Shown here: positions 45,603 to 55,723 of the stretch, piece after piece
Layout: every line of letters begins with the position of its first letter
Numbering within the stretch: position 1 is the first letter of the stretch
Assembly (NCBI GenBank): GCA_039194325.1
Contig: JBCCWC010000007.1
Coordinates: 1-64,000 of the forward strand
DNA: 64,000 bases
Direction: 5' to 3'
Source: Myxococcota bacterium
GTDB taxonomy: Bacteria; Myxococcota_A; Polyangia; Nannocystales; Nannocystaceae
The notes under the pieces: generated by a model
Told to the model about the DNA's origin: nothing
Databases searched by the model: none
What the model saw: the letters and a program-made list of their open reading frames with translations, nothing else
Program-made: the position numbers and the translations under genes

Positions 45603-46889
45603 TCAAGGACATCGCGCCCGCTGGGCCACGGGGGAGCCGCGGTAGGTGCGACGCAGCGCCTCGGCCTCCTCCCGCGCCTCCACCCTCTGGCCCTGGGCAC
45701 ACAGAGCCTCAACCCGCACGAGGGCGAGCTCGCGGTGCAGCGCGCCAGCGGGATGGGCCTCGATGGCCGCGTCGACGATCGCAAGGGCCCCGATCGCATC
45801 ACCGCCGCGTAAGGCCGCTCGCGCACGACCTAGAGCCTGGCTGTGCGCGAGCAGAGGATCGACGCCACGCGGCGAGCGAGCACGCTCGACCCGAGCCGCC
45901 TCCTTCGACCGGGCCAGCGACAATGCCGGCAACGATGCCGACGGCTCTACGACGTCCGGACCCGAAGCCAGTGAACGAGACAACGGCGACGCTCGGGGAG
46001 CCGTCGTCACCACGGCGGTCGGCGAAGGCTCCATCGCGACCGAAACGGAGATCTCGGCCCCAACCGCCGCGACCTCCCGATCCTCGCGCGCCACCGGCTC
46101 ACCGACAGGCTCGCGGGCGCTCGCGCTCGCCGAAGACGGCTGCGCCCACGCCCCACCAACCTTGACCAGCCCGAGACCCGCGGCCGCGATCGTCACGGAG
46201 ACGACCACCGCCTTGACATTCGCAAGACCCGCCCCTGCGCCACCCCCCAGCGGAGCGACCACGGAGCCCCCTTCGCCCAGGCGCACCAGCAACGCCGCCA
46301 ACACCCGCTGCCGGGCCCCGGGATCGGGCCGAGGCCGGCGACGCGCCGCGACCAATAGCTGTGGGGGAGGACAGCGCAGCTGCCGAGCATAGCCGTCGAA
46401 GGCTAGCCGAGCCGCCCGCAGCCGCGCCGCGGCGGTGTTGCGGTTAAGCCCGAGCACCCGCGCCGCTTCACTCCCGCTCAGCTGCTCGAGCTCGACCATC
46501 ACGAAGATCTCCCGCTTGGCCTCGTCGAGGGAGGCTAAGAACGCCTCCAGCAGCCGCATGCCGTCATGGTGCAGCAGGGTGTCGTCGGGCTCGCTGACGC
46601 GAGCGACCACGGGCCTGAGCCCATCCACCCGTCGACGATGACGCCGATGACGACGCCGATGATCGGCGGCCACCCGCCGACAGATCCCCAGCAACCAAGT
46701 GCGTATGCTCGACTCACCGGTGAAGGCTTCGCGACGACGATGCGCCACCAAGAAGACGTCGTGCACCGCATCCTCGAGATCCGCCCGCTCGACCCCCAGA
46801 CGCAACAACACCCCCCACACCCCACCGAAATGGCGGCGGTAGGCTTGGGCGAGGTCGTACGCGGGTCGAGAGCGAACCGGACCGTCCAC
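45603..46889 (-). CDS. ECF sigma factor with long C-terminal extension (TM segment plus TPR-like domain)
   Basis: LEDAVHDVFLVA, SSIRTWLLGI, KREIFVMVELEQLSGSEAARVLG..NTAAARLRAAR; then a hydrophobic segment and ELALVRVEALCAQG. Confidence 0.85.
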   Translation of the reverse strand: MDGPVRSRPAYDLAQAYRRHFGGVWGVLLRLGVERADLEDAVHDVFLVAHRRREAFTGESSIRTWLLGICRRVAADHRRRHRRHRRRVDGLRPVVARVSEPDDTLLHHDGMRLLEAFLASLDEAKREIFVMVELEQLSGSEAARVLGLNRNTAAARLRAARLAFDGYARQLRCPPPQLLVAARRRPRPDPGARQRVLAALLVRLGEGGSVVAPLGGGAGAGLANVKAVVVSVTIAAAGLGLVKVGGAWAQPSSASASAREPVGEPVAREDREVAAVGAEISVSVAMEPSPTAVVTTAPRASPLSRSLASGPDVVEPSASLPALSLARSKEAARVERARSPRGVDPLLAHSQALGRARAALRGGDAIGALAIVDAAIEAHPAGALHRELALVRVEALCAQGQRVEAREEAEALRRTYRGSPVAQRARCP

Positions 46890-46966
46890 GGCATCCTGCT
46901 TATGGCCACCTGGGCCCCAAGTGGTGACGGCGCATCGTCATGGAGGACCCAGAAGGCTCAATTCCA

Positions 46967-47968
46967 TCACGAACGGCCTCCCAGCGCCATTGCCATGCCC
47001 AAAGACGCGCGAACTCCGCCAGATCCGGCACGTAGCGGACCCACCCCGCCGACGGTGAACTGGGGCAAGAGCACGCCCATGACCCCGTCGACCCCGACCC
47101 ACAAGCCCCAACGAGCACGAGGACGCCACAAAAGGTGCACCGAGCCCAACCCCGCAAGCCATGGGCTGACGACGGTTCGCGGCGTGGTGATCCCGCGGCC
47201 GCGAGCGACGACTGGACCCAGCTCAGCTCCGATCGACAAGGGCAGCTCGACTCGTGCGGACAAGGGCATCACCACCCCAGCACGCAGCCGACCGGCGACC
47301 ATCCACTGACGCAAGACGACCCCTGCGGAGACCGGACGATCGCGAGGGACCAGGAACAACGCACCCAAGGCCAGGCGCACAGCCCCCCGCTGCCACGACA
47401 GCGCGAGATCGGGACCGAGATCGAGATCGTGCAGGGTCGCTCGCCCCGCCAAGACCCCCACGTGCCACCCCCAACGATCGACCGCGCGCGGAGCCGGAGA
47501 CCCAGACGACGATGACGATGACACAGACGGCGAGCTCGCGCCCGCGGGGCTCGGTCCAGAGGACGCCGCCGGAAGGGACTCCCGAAGATCCGGCTGGGGG
47601 CTCGGCTCAGGCAACGCAGGCGACGCTCGCGAGGCCTGCGTGCTCACAACCACCGGGTCGACGAAGGTGGCCACGACCAACGCCACGGCATCGGCCAGGG
47701 TGCGGCAATCGTCGGAGACCATACGCCGGGCGCTCGAGCGCGGCCCGGTGCGCAGATCGAGCGACAAGACCCACCCGTCGGCCGACGACTGCACGCGGGC
47801 GTCGGCCACCACGTCGGGGTGCAGGGCGTCGGGGCCGACCAGCTCTCCCAGCCGCGCCCGAACGGCGGCCTCGGACGGACAACCAGCCGGAGCGGTCCAG
47901 CGGACCTCGGCCGCAAGGATGAGCCAAGCGCCGAGCGATGGGGTCATCAGACCGAGCATGCCCACCAT
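46967..47968 (-). CDS. hypothetical exported protein (myxobacterial ECF-associated, WxAPxxCP type)
   Basis: VRWTAPAGCPS...DCRTLADAVAL N-domain, Pro/Ser linker, beta-strand-rich C-terminus. Confidence 0.7.
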   Translation of the reverse strand: MVGMLGLMTPSLGAWLILAAEVRWTAPAGCPSEAAVRARLGELVGPDALHPDVVADARVQSSADGWVLSLDLRTGPRSSARRMVSDDCRTLADAVALVVATFVDPVVVSTQASRASPALPEPSPQPDLRESLPAASSGPSPAGASSPSVSSSSSSGSPAPRAVDRWGWHVGVLAGRATLHDLDLGPDLALSWQRGAVRLALGALFLVPRDRPVSAGVVLRQWMVAGRLRAGVVMPLSARVELPLSIGAELGPVVARGRGITTPRTVVSPWLAGLGSVHLLWRPRARWGLWVGVDGVMGVLLPQFTVGGVGPLRAGSGGVRASLGMAMALGGRS

Positions 47969-48018
47969 CGCCGCACGGAGGATCGCCGCCTATCCGAATC
48001 GAGGCGATCCGACGAGCG

Positions 48019-49458
48019 CTACGACCTCCGCTGGCCCCGCCGCAAACGCAGCCCCAAGAGCATCAGGAGCACCAGCGTACCAACCGGCACCCGCGAGGGC
48101 TCGGCCCGGCACCCGCAGCCGCCGCCACCGCCGCCGTCGTCGGCGACATTCGGGCCGCCACTGCTGGAAGACTCGCCACCGTCGGGGGGCATGACCCCGG
48201 TGGTCCCCTCGCCGGTCCCAGGCTCACCGGTTCCGCTGGAATCGAGGGGGGGCGGATCGTCGGGTACCTCGGCGTTGATCCCGATCGTCACCGGCTCGGA
48301 CATCGCCTCGTTTCCGGCCCAGTCCCGAGCATGGGCGACGATCTCGTAGACACCGTCGGGAAAGGGCACATCGGCGAAGGCGTAGGGAGCGTAGCCATCG
48401 CTCACGGGCTGCTCCATGCCGTCGATCGACACCCACACCTCGGCGACACCGTACCCCTCGTCGACGGCGTCGATCTCGATGGTGACCAGGGCGCCGGTCT
48501 CGAGCTCGTCGCCGTCGGCGGGGGCGATGATGGAGACGATCGGAGGATCGGCGTCGGGCACCGCGTCGAAGGGCTCGCCGCAGGTCGACGCGGGGCCGGA
48601 GCGGGGCGTGCCCTCGCACCAGTCGCTCCAGGTGCCGTAGCCCTCGGAGCCGCCGGCAAAGAAACCGTCACAGTTCGGCGTGGGGTTCCAGGTGCCGTCC
48701 AGATCGTGGCACGGGGTGATGTCGATCTGGGCTTGCTCCTCGATCCACGGGATCGCGGGGTGCATGAGCGCGTGGACGCCACCGGTGCCGGTGCAGCCGG
48801 GGAGCCCGGTGGAGGTCATCGACAGCGACCGCCAGGAGCCATCGTCCATGAGCACGAAGGCCGAGCTCCCCGAGTCGCCCTGGCAGGTCGACAGGCCCAT
48901 GCCCCCGATGTTGGCGGTGTTGCCGAGGGTGCTGACGACCTGGGTCTGGCCCCAGCGCTTGACCCCCGACGGACCGTCGGCCCCTCCGTCGCCAAAACCG
49001 GCGATGACCACCGGCAGGCCGGCCTCGAGCATCTCGAGCTCACAGCCAAAGAGCGGCGGGGTGAAGGGCAGCTCGGTGATCGGCTCATCCAGCACGCAAA
49101 ACGCCCAATCGTGGGCCTGATCGGAGGTGCCGGCGTAGTCGGGATAAGCCCGGCAAAACTCCACCTGGCGAGTGATCCCCATACTGGCGTCTTCGCTGAA
49201 GCGGATCTGCTTGCCCGTGTCGCCGCAGTGGGCCGCGTAGACCACAACCTGCGGGTGCACGAGCGAGCCAGAGCACAAGCCCCCGCCTCCGGTCACGGCG
49301 ACGGTGTTGGGCCAGCCGCAGACCTCGACCTCCTGGCCGCCGGTCACCCGGGAGACGTCGGGCTCGACCTGCAGCTCGCCAGCGCCGGCCGCGACCGGAG
49401 CCCAGAACATCACCCACCCGAACCCGATCGCCCCCAGCGCTCGTCGTCCCGTGCTCAT
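48019..49458 (-). CDS. trypsin-like (S1) serine protease with Ig-like domain and MYXO-CTERM-like sorting signal
   Basis: CSGSLV, YAAHC, HDWAF, CQGDSG; Big-like domain; GGCGCR followed by a hydrophobic segment and basic tail. Confidence 0.88.
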   Translation of the reverse strand: MSTGRRALGAIGFGWVMFWAPVAAGAGELQVEPDVSRVTGGQEVEVCGWPNTVAVTGGGGLCSGSLVHPQVVVYAAHCGDTGKQIRFSEDASMGITRQVEFCRAYPDYAGTSDQAHDWAFCVLDEPITELPFTPPLFGCELEMLEAGLPVVIAGFGDGGADGPSGVKRWGQTQVVSTLGNTANIGGMGLSTCQGDSGSSAFVLMDDGSWRSLSMTSTGLPGCTGTGGVHALMHPAIPWIEEQAQIDITPCHDLDGTWNPTPNCDGFFAGGSEGYGTWSDWCEGTPRSGPASTCGEPFDAVPDADPPIVSIIAPADGDELETGALVTIEIDAVDEGYGVAEVWVSIDGMEQPVSDGYAPYAFADVPFPDGVYEIVAHARDWAGNEAMSEPVTIGINAEVPDDPPPLDSSGTGEPGTGEGTTGVMPPDGGESSSSGGPNVADDGGGGGGCGCRAEPSRVPVGTLVLLMLLGLRLRRGQRRS

Positions 49459-49575
49459 GGCCCACCATACCCCGTTCGTCGCGATCCCACACCCACCGCC
49501 CAAGCCGGCCCAAGCCGGCCCAAGTCAGCCCAAGCAAGCGTCGGTACCCCGGTGCGCCCCGACGCATCGGACGCC

Positions 49576-49616
49576 ACCGGGCCCACGACCGGGCCCACGA
49601 CCGGGCCCACGACCGG
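49576..49616. repeat. 12-bp tandem repeat (ACCGGGCCCACG)x3, preceded by a 10-bp GCCCAAGCCG-like repeat at about 49498-49535
   Basis: Read directly from the divergent intergenic region. Confidence 0.85.
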
Positions 49617-49626
49617 CTCGGGTACG

Positions 49627-52401
49627 ATGGCAAAGGTGAGCCGCCCGCAACGCTCGTCTCCGCTGGCCGATGCCTCGCTGGCGTCGTCCCCGTCGGAAGA
49701 GGAGACGCTGCTGGGGACGGTCGCACGATCGATCCCGGTTCGCTCGCACGGTCGCGGCGATCGAGTGGGGCGCTACTTCCTGCTCGACGTGGTGGGCGAA
49801 GGCGCGATGGGTCGAGTCTATCGCGCGTACGATCCCGATCTCGACCGCCGGATCGCGATCAAGCTGCTGTTCGCGGCGCCGGCCCGAGCAACCGACGAGC
49901 CCGAGCGGCTGCTGCACGAGGCCCAGGCGATGGCGCGGATCGATCACCCCAACGTGGTGACGGTCCACGACGTGGGGGTCCACGAGGGCTCGGTCTTCAT
50001 CGCGATGGAGCTGGTCGATGGACCCGCGCTCGACCGATGGCTCGAGACCCGACCCCCGAAGCGCCGGATCCTCGACGTGATGCTGGAAGCCGCCCGCGGC
50101 ATGGCGGCGGCCCACGCGGCCGGGGTGATCCATCGCGACTTCAAGCCAGGCAACGTGCTGGTCACGTCCAATGGCCACGCCAAGGTGGGCGACTTTGGAT
50201 TGGCCGGCCTGGAGGACGCGGCCCCCACTCGAGAGGATCCGGCGACCTACAATCATGCTCTGGGGACCCCGGCCTATATGTCCCCAGAGCACGTCCGGGG
50301 CACGGGGATCGATGCCCGCAGCGACCAGTTCTCGTTCGCGATTGCGCTTTACGAGGCGCTCTACGGCGAGCGTCCGTTCAGCGCCCGATCCTGGCCAGAG
50401 CTGGCGAGCACGATCGTCTGCGGCGAGCTCGACCCGAGCGCGCACAACCGCCGCGGATCCATCAACCGCGTGATCCGGCGGGCCCTGAGCGTAGATCCGG
50501 CGCAGCGATTCGAGTCGATGGAGGCGCTCATCGCCCGGCTGGAGCGGATCCGGCACCCCCGGTGGCCGCGCTGGCTCGCGGTTGGCGGGCTAGGGCTGGC
50601 CCTGGCACTGGCGTTCCGCGGGGGCTCCTCCGATCCGCTCGCCTGCGATCCCGGCAAGCAGCTGGTCAACGCCACGTGGAACATGAAGACCCAAGCCGCG
50701 ATCCAATTGGGTGGATCAGAGTTCACGGAGGTCTTTGCCCGCGAAGCTCGGGCCCGCTTCGAGCGGGCGGTCAGCGATTATTCGGCTCGCTGGGCGGAAG
50801 CCTACGACGCGTCGTGTGCCGCGGTCGGGCCCCGGACCACCGAGGGCACCGCGGCCGAACAAGTGGTCGCCCAGTGCCTGGACAATCGCCTGGATTCGCT
50901 GCGGGGGCTGGTGGAGTTCGCCACCGCCCAGCCGCTCGACGCGGGACGACTCGACGAGCTGAGCACGCTACCCTCCATCGAGGACTGCACCACGGGCCGA
51001 TGGGTGCCCTACCCGTCCGAGCCCGACCGGGCCGCCCGAGCGGCGCGACTGCACCGATCGATCGGCCGGATCCGCATGGCCCGGCTCGCCGAGCGAGACG
51101 ATGGCACCCTCGAGCGGGGCCGAGCCACGGTGCAAGAGGCACGAGCGCTGGGCGACCCCTACTTGCTGGCCCGAGCGCTACGCGAGCAGGCCCGAGTGCT
51201 CGATCGCCAGGGCGAGCCGCAGGCCGCCATGGACATGCTCGACGAAGCCCTGCAGGTGGCGCTGGCGGCCGGGCACGACCTGCTCGCGGCCAAGGTGATC
51301 AACGCCATGCTGATGACCGCCAAGCGTCTAGGCGCCAAACCGGCCGAGATCGCTCGCCTGGGGCCCATGGCCCGAGGGCTGATCGAGCGGGCGGGAGGCG
51401 ACCACATACTGGCCGGCAACATCGCGCTCAACGAGGGCAACATCCTGCGAATGGCGGGCCGCTTCGAGGAGACGATGGCCCGAGACGAAGAGGCCGCGAT
51501 GCACTTTGCGGCGGCGGGCGACGAAGAGAGCCAGGCCAAGGCGCGTCTCAACCAGGCGGTGACCGGCCTGTCCCAAGGTCACTTCGAACAGATGGAGCGC
51601 CCCCTGCTCGAGGCGACGGCGGCGATCGAGCGAACCTCGGGTGAGTCGTCTCCGACCGCCTTCTTCGCGCGCATGCTCGTCATTCGGGTCACCCGCATCC
51701 GGGGGCAGGTTCGACGAGCGCTCTCGCTAGCGAAGGAGGTCTTCGACGAGGCCCGCGAGTTCTACGCCCCTGGCTCTCACACCCTCCGAGACTCCACGAT
51801 GCTCTACGCCGCGAGCGCGCTCGAAGCGGGAGAGCTCGACATTGCGGAGCGAATGCTGAACCTGGTCCAGACCTACCCCGGCGAGTCGGACGAGGAAAAA
51901 GCAGATGTCGCGCGCTTGCTGATGCTGATGCTCCAGGCGCAAGAACGACACGCGGAGGTCTTGGAGCGCATACCCGCGTCTCGAAACCAGGTCGCGTCGG
52001 GTAACCTGTCGCAGCGTGCCCTAGTCGAGCTGGGACGAGTCAATTCCTTGTACCTGGTCGGACGAGTCCAAGAGGTCGAGGACGCGCTCGGCGATCCCGT
52101 CATCGTCGAGTTCTTGACCGCAGGCACCAACGAGGGCTTCGTCGTCAACACTGCGCTGCTAGGGGTGCTCGCGGGTGCGACTCACCCCAAAAGGATCCCC
52201 TGGCGAGATTCCTTCGATCGCAACAAGGCCATGATCTGGTCGACCACGCGACTACTCGACGTGATCGAGGCGATCGAGACGGACACCAACGCAAGGCTGG
52301 TGGCGCTGCGCGTGAGGGCCGAGCTCATCGCCCAGTATTCCCAGAGCGACATCCACGCCCAGCTGCTCGACGCGTGGCTCGGCACGTCGGATCCCGCCTG
52401 A
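49627..52401 (+). CDS. transmembrane Ser/Thr protein kinase with TPR-like C-terminal region
   Basis: GEGAMGRVY, IAIK, HPNVV, HRDFKPGN, DFG, GTPAYMSPE, SDQFSF; TM segment; start ATG 49627 (the 47938 extension is antisense to the protease). Confidence 0.9.
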   Translation: MAKVSRPQRSSPLADASLASSPSEEETLLGTVARSIPVRSHGRGDRVGRYFLLDVVGEGAMGRVYRAYDPDLDRRIAIKLLFAAPARATDEPERLLHEAQAMARIDHPNVVTVHDVGVHEGSVFIAMELVDGPALDRWLETRPPKRRILDVMLEAARGMAAAHAAGVIHRDFKPGNVLVTSNGHAKVGDFGLAGLEDAAPTREDPATYNHALGTPAYMSPEHVRGTGIDARSDQFSFAIALYEALYGERPFSARSWPELASTIVCGELDPSAHNRRGSINRVIRRALSVDPAQRFESMEALIARLERIRHPRWPRWLAVGGLGLALALAFRGGSSDPLACDPGKQLVNATWNMKTQAAIQLGGSEFTEVFAREARARFERAVSDYSARWAEAYDASCAAVGPRTTEGTAAEQVVAQCLDNRLDSLRGLVEFATAQPLDAGRLDELSTLPSIEDCTTGRWVPYPSEPDRAARAARLHRSIGRIRMARLAERDDGTLERGRATVQEARALGDPYLLARALREQARVLDRQGEPQAAMDMLDEALQVALAAGHDLLAAKVINAMLMTAKRLGAKPAEIARLGPMARGLIERAGGDHILAGNIALNEGNILRMAGRFEETMARDEEAAMHFAAAGDEESQAKARLNQAVTGLSQGHFEQMERPLLEATAAIERTSGESSPTAFFARMLVIRVTRIRGQVRRALSLAKEVFDEAREFYAPGSHTLRDSTMLYAASALEAGELDIAERMLNLVQTYPGESDEEKADVARLLMLMLQAQERHAEVLERIPASRNQVASGNLSQRALVELGRVNSLYLVGRVQEVEDALGDPVIVEFLTAGTNEGFVVNTALLGVLAGATHPKRIPWRDSFDRNKAMIWSTTRLLDVIEAIETDTNARLVALRVRAELIAQYSQSDIHAQLLDAWLGTSDPA

Positions 52402-52417
52402 GCGGGTCGCCCGCCCC

Positions 52418-53317
52418 TCAGCCGCCCGAGCTCTCGCCGCCCGAGGTGGTGCCGCCCCCGTCGCAGAGCGACTCGTCTTCGCCCTCGGCGCAATCGGGGG
52501 TGCCGTCGCACCGGCGGCTGGGATCGAGCACCATGCCGTCGAGGCAGATGAATTCCAGGCAGGCGTTGACCTGCTGCGTGACCTCCTCGGAGAGCGTGGG
52601 ACAATCGATCAGCCGGAGGTTCCAGGGCCGCTCACAGGTCTCGGGACAATTCTGCCGCTCGTCGGCCCCGTCGGGGCAGCTGACCACGTTGTCGCAAACC
52701 CAGGCGGCGGGGACGGTCTGGCCGTCGCCGCACACAAACGGCGGAGGGCAGCCCGCCTCGTCGGAACCATCGGGGCAATCGGGGAAATCGTCGCAGATCC
52801 ACCACGGAGGGATCATCGTGCCGTCAGAGCACGCCTCGGTCTCGCACCCCTGGGCCTCGTCGGCCCCGTTGGTGCAGTCCTCGAATCCATCGCACACCCA
52901 GGTCTCGGCGATCTGCTGGCCGTCGCCGCAGTCGAAGCTCCCGGGGCAGCCCGCGGCCTGGGCACACTCCAGCAGCCCGCGCAGCGCCTCGGCCTCGCAC
53001 CGCAGGGCGGCAAAGGCCTCGTCGTCTTGCTCGAAGATCTCGCGGAGACAAGCGACCTCACCATCGCTGAAGCTGAGCGTGGTGTCCTGAAGACACTCGG
53101 CCTCGGTGTCCTCATCGAACCGAGCGAAGCACTCACACTCGAACTCGAAGATCTCCTCTTGGATCTCGACCGCGCCCGCCACGTCGGTGATGGACGGTGG
53201 CCCGCCCGACTCCGACTTGCACGCGACAGGGACGATCGCGGCCACCAGGGCGATCGTGCCCCCGATCGACAATAGCGAGGTGGAAGGGTGGGTCGGGGAG
53301 GTCAACCCGTCCTTCAT
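52418..53317 (-). CDS. lipoprotein with four LDL-receptor class A repeats
   Basis: PVAC lipobox; four CxDG....W/RxCDxxxDCxxGxDE..C units. Confidence 0.85.
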   Translation of the reverse strand: MKDGLTSPTHPSTSLLSIGGTIALVAAIVPVACKSESGGPPSITDVAGAVEIQEEIFEFECECFARFDEDTEAECLQDTTLSFSDGEVACLREIFEQDDEAFAALRCEAEALRGLLECAQAAGCPGSFDCGDGQQIAETWVCDGFEDCTNGADEAQGCETEACSDGTMIPPWWICDDFPDCPDGSDEAGCPPPFVCGDGQTVPAAWVCDNVVSCPDGADERQNCPETCERPWNLRLIDCPTLSEEVTQQVNACLEFICLDGMVLDPSRRCDGTPDCAEGEDESLCDGGGTTSGGESSGG

Positions 53318-53384
53318 ACCGAGCCGGCCCCAGTCTCGTCGACCATCAAATACCCCCGAACACCCACGGCCTGCGCTGATCCGC

Positions 53385-54059
53385 TCATCCCCCCCCTCCC
53401 GAGGGCAACAGCCGCCGAGCAAGCGCCGCAAAGCTCCCCACGTCGTGGGGCCAGTGAAGAGCCCGGCACCCGGCCGCTCGGGCCCCGTGGACGTCATCCC
53501 CCACATCGTCACCCACGTGCAGAGCCGACGATGGCGCTACCTCGAGGCGCTCGCATGCGCGGTGGAAGATTCCGGGGTCGGGCTTCTCTACTCCGACCTC
53601 GGCCGAGATGATGGCGGCATCGATCCACCCGAGCACGCCCAAGGCCCGCAGCGTGGCCCGAAGCCGTAGATCCCAGTTGGAGACCACGGCGACCTTCATG
53701 CCGCGCTCGGCCACCGCGCGGGCGCAGGCCTCGGCGCCTGGAGTGACCTGCCAGGCGTCGGCCCGCTCGAAGTAGTCGAGCAACGCCCCGAGCAAGGCCG
53801 GCTCGCCGCAGCCGGTGGCGATCCGCACGACCTCGGCCCAGTAGGGGCGCCAGTCAGGGCGACGAGCGCGGAGCGGTCGCGCACGGGACATGACGTCGGG
53901 CAGGCGCTCGGCCACCACCGCCTCGTCCACCGCGAACCCAAAGCGGGCGGCGAAGCGGGCGTAGGTCCGGGGCACGGACTCGGTCGGACGCAGCAGGGTT
54001 CCGGCGGCGTCGATGAGCAGCGCCGCTCCGGGAGCGGCGAGGGGGAGCATTGCCTCCAT
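53385..54059 (-). CDS. HAD-IA family hydrolase (REG-2/HDHD3-like)
   Basis: IDAAGTLL, VVSNWD, EKPDPGIF, HVGD..DD..GA..AG. Confidence 0.88.
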   Translation of the reverse strand: MEAMLPLAAPGAALLIDAAGTLLRPTESVPRTYARFAARFGFAVDEAVVAERLPDVMSRARPLRARRPDWRPYWAEVVRIATGCGEPALLGALLDYFERADAWQVTPGAEACARAVAERGMKVAVVSNWDLRLRATLRALGVLGWIDAAIISAEVGVEKPDPGIFHRACERLEVAPSSALHVGDDVGDDVHGARAAGCRALHWPHDVGSFAALARRLLPSGGGG

Positions 54060-54078
54060 GCTATCGAACCCCGAGCCC

Positions 54079-55581
54079 TCAGCTCCCCTGCACACTCGTC
54101 TGGACCAGTCCCCCCAGGCACCGCATGGCGTCGGCGTAGTCGAGCTCGCAGACCGATTCCATGCAGCATCGAGGGCTGGTCGGATCGTCGAGCGCCTCGC
54201 AGACGGCCTGGATCCGAAGCGGAGGCTGGCCCTGAGAGTACCCGCCAACGCCGTCCATCCCCGTGCAGCCGGGACCCACGCCGAGCGCGAAGGTCTTGTC
54301 GGCGGCATCGATCCCCATGGCCCACTCGTCGGGCACGATGTCCCCCGCGGGCCAGGAGCCGTCGATCCAGTCGCGGATCACCAGATCGTCCACGCCCCCC
54401 TCGATCGGCTCGAACGGAGGGCGCTCGGCGTGGGCCACGACCTCCGGGACCCCGGTGATCGCGACCATCATGACGTCCTTGCCCTGCAGGCCCCCCAGCT
54501 CGTCCACCAGGTACTGGGTGTAGCGCTCGACCCCATGCAGCGGGGTGGCGACCGACAGCACACAGCTCTCGTAGAACCCCCCCGGATCGGGCCCGTCGCA
54601 GGCGACCCCCGCGTTCCAGCACAGCGCCGAGGATGGTGCGGCCAGGCCGGAGTCGGGATCGACGTTGTGATAGGCCGCGTTCTCCATCACGCTGAGGTCG
54701 TCGATCGAGCAGTCGCTCTCGTCGGTGAGCAGCACCAGGGCCAGATCGGCGCCAGGACGGAGGAAGGGCTCGTCCCCCCCGTTCCACGCGGCCGCGGGAT
54801 CGAGAGCCTGGAGCATGGTCTCCAGCGTCGACTCGTAGCCACACCCCACCAGCCCTTGCGGCAGCAAGCACCGCAGCGCCTCGCGAGCCGATCCCCCCGG
54901 CACGTTGTCCTCGGGGCCAACGACGTGAACGAAGGGATCGTCGGGCTCCACGGCCACGGGGCACTCGTCGGTGCAAGCCTCGGGGAACATCGGCGACCCG
55001 CCGAGCCCGGTGAAATCATCGAGCCGGCTGGTGCACGAGGACGAGACGGGCTCGCCCTGCGCCGGAGAATAGCCAGGCGGCCGGAAGGCGGCGCACAGCG
55101 GGTTGCCGAAGTCGGTGGTGGTGACCATCAGGTTCAGGTCGAAGTAGAGATCCTCGGCGAGCTGGATCTGCTCCAGCTGATCCATCAAGCCGTCGACGGC
55201 CGAGGCGAGCTTGCGCTGGTCGGGCCCCATCGTGCGGCTGTTGTCCACCACGAACACCACGTCGACGGCATGGGTCGGACAGTCGGGGGCACAGGCCGGC
55301 TGCTCGCCGGTGCCCGAGCTGTCCGCATCATCCTCCGAGCTGGAGTCGGCCCCGGTGATGCCGGTGGTGGGAGGCGAGCCCGAGGAATCGGCGACCGCGG
55401 TGCCGGCGGTCCCGGTGATCTGCCCGGTGACGTCGGCGACCACCGGGCCATCGGACGATGAGCCCCCCGCAGGCGGGCCCGAGGTGCCCGAGCCCCCGGA
55501 GCTGTCGATGATGATGCACCCACCGAGCATCAGATCGAAAAGCGCCCACAGCCACACGCACCGAGCTCGAGCCCCATCCAT
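54079..55581 (-). CDS. myxobacterial VWA-like lipoprotein
   Basis: LGGC lipobox; VDVVFVVDNSRTM, GCGYE, FLRPGADLALVLLTDESDCS. Confidence 0.82.
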   Translation of the reverse strand: MDGARARCVWLWALFDLMLGGCIIIDSSGGSGTSGPPAGGSSSDGPVVADVTGQITGTAGTAVADSSGSPPTTGITGADSSSEDDADSSGTGEQPACAPDCPTHAVDVVFVVDNSRTMGPDQRKLASAVDGLMDQLEQIQLAEDLYFDLNLMVTTTDFGNPLCAAFRPPGYSPAQGEPVSSSCTSRLDDFTGLGGSPMFPEACTDECPVAVEPDDPFVHVVGPEDNVPGGSAREALRCLLPQGLVGCGYESTLETMLQALDPAAAWNGGDEPFLRPGADLALVLLTDESDCSIDDLSVMENAAYHNVDPDSGLAAPSSALCWNAGVACDGPDPGGFYESCVLSVATPLHGVERYTQYLVDELGGLQGKDVMMVAITGVPEVVAHAERPPFEPIEGGVDDLVIRDWIDGSWPAGDIVPDEWAMGIDAADKTFALGVGPGCTGMDGVGGYSQGQPPLRIQAVCEALDDPTSPRCCMESVCELDYADAMRCLGGLVQTSVQGS

Positions 55582-55723
55582 TTCCGATCATTATAAGCCG
55601 GAAACGCAGCGCGATACGGGCCAAGACTCCGATCCGGGACGCTTCGGGGATGCCCACCGGGACGCCCACCGGGACGCAACCGGGCGACGGTCGGTCTCGC
55701 TCGTCTGTCCGTGGTTGGTCGGC

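Noticed and set aside
47938..49626. N-terminal 563 aa of the 1487-aa ORF
   Set aside because: It is the antisense shadow of the minus-strand trypsin-like protease; the kinase plausibly starts at ATG 49627.
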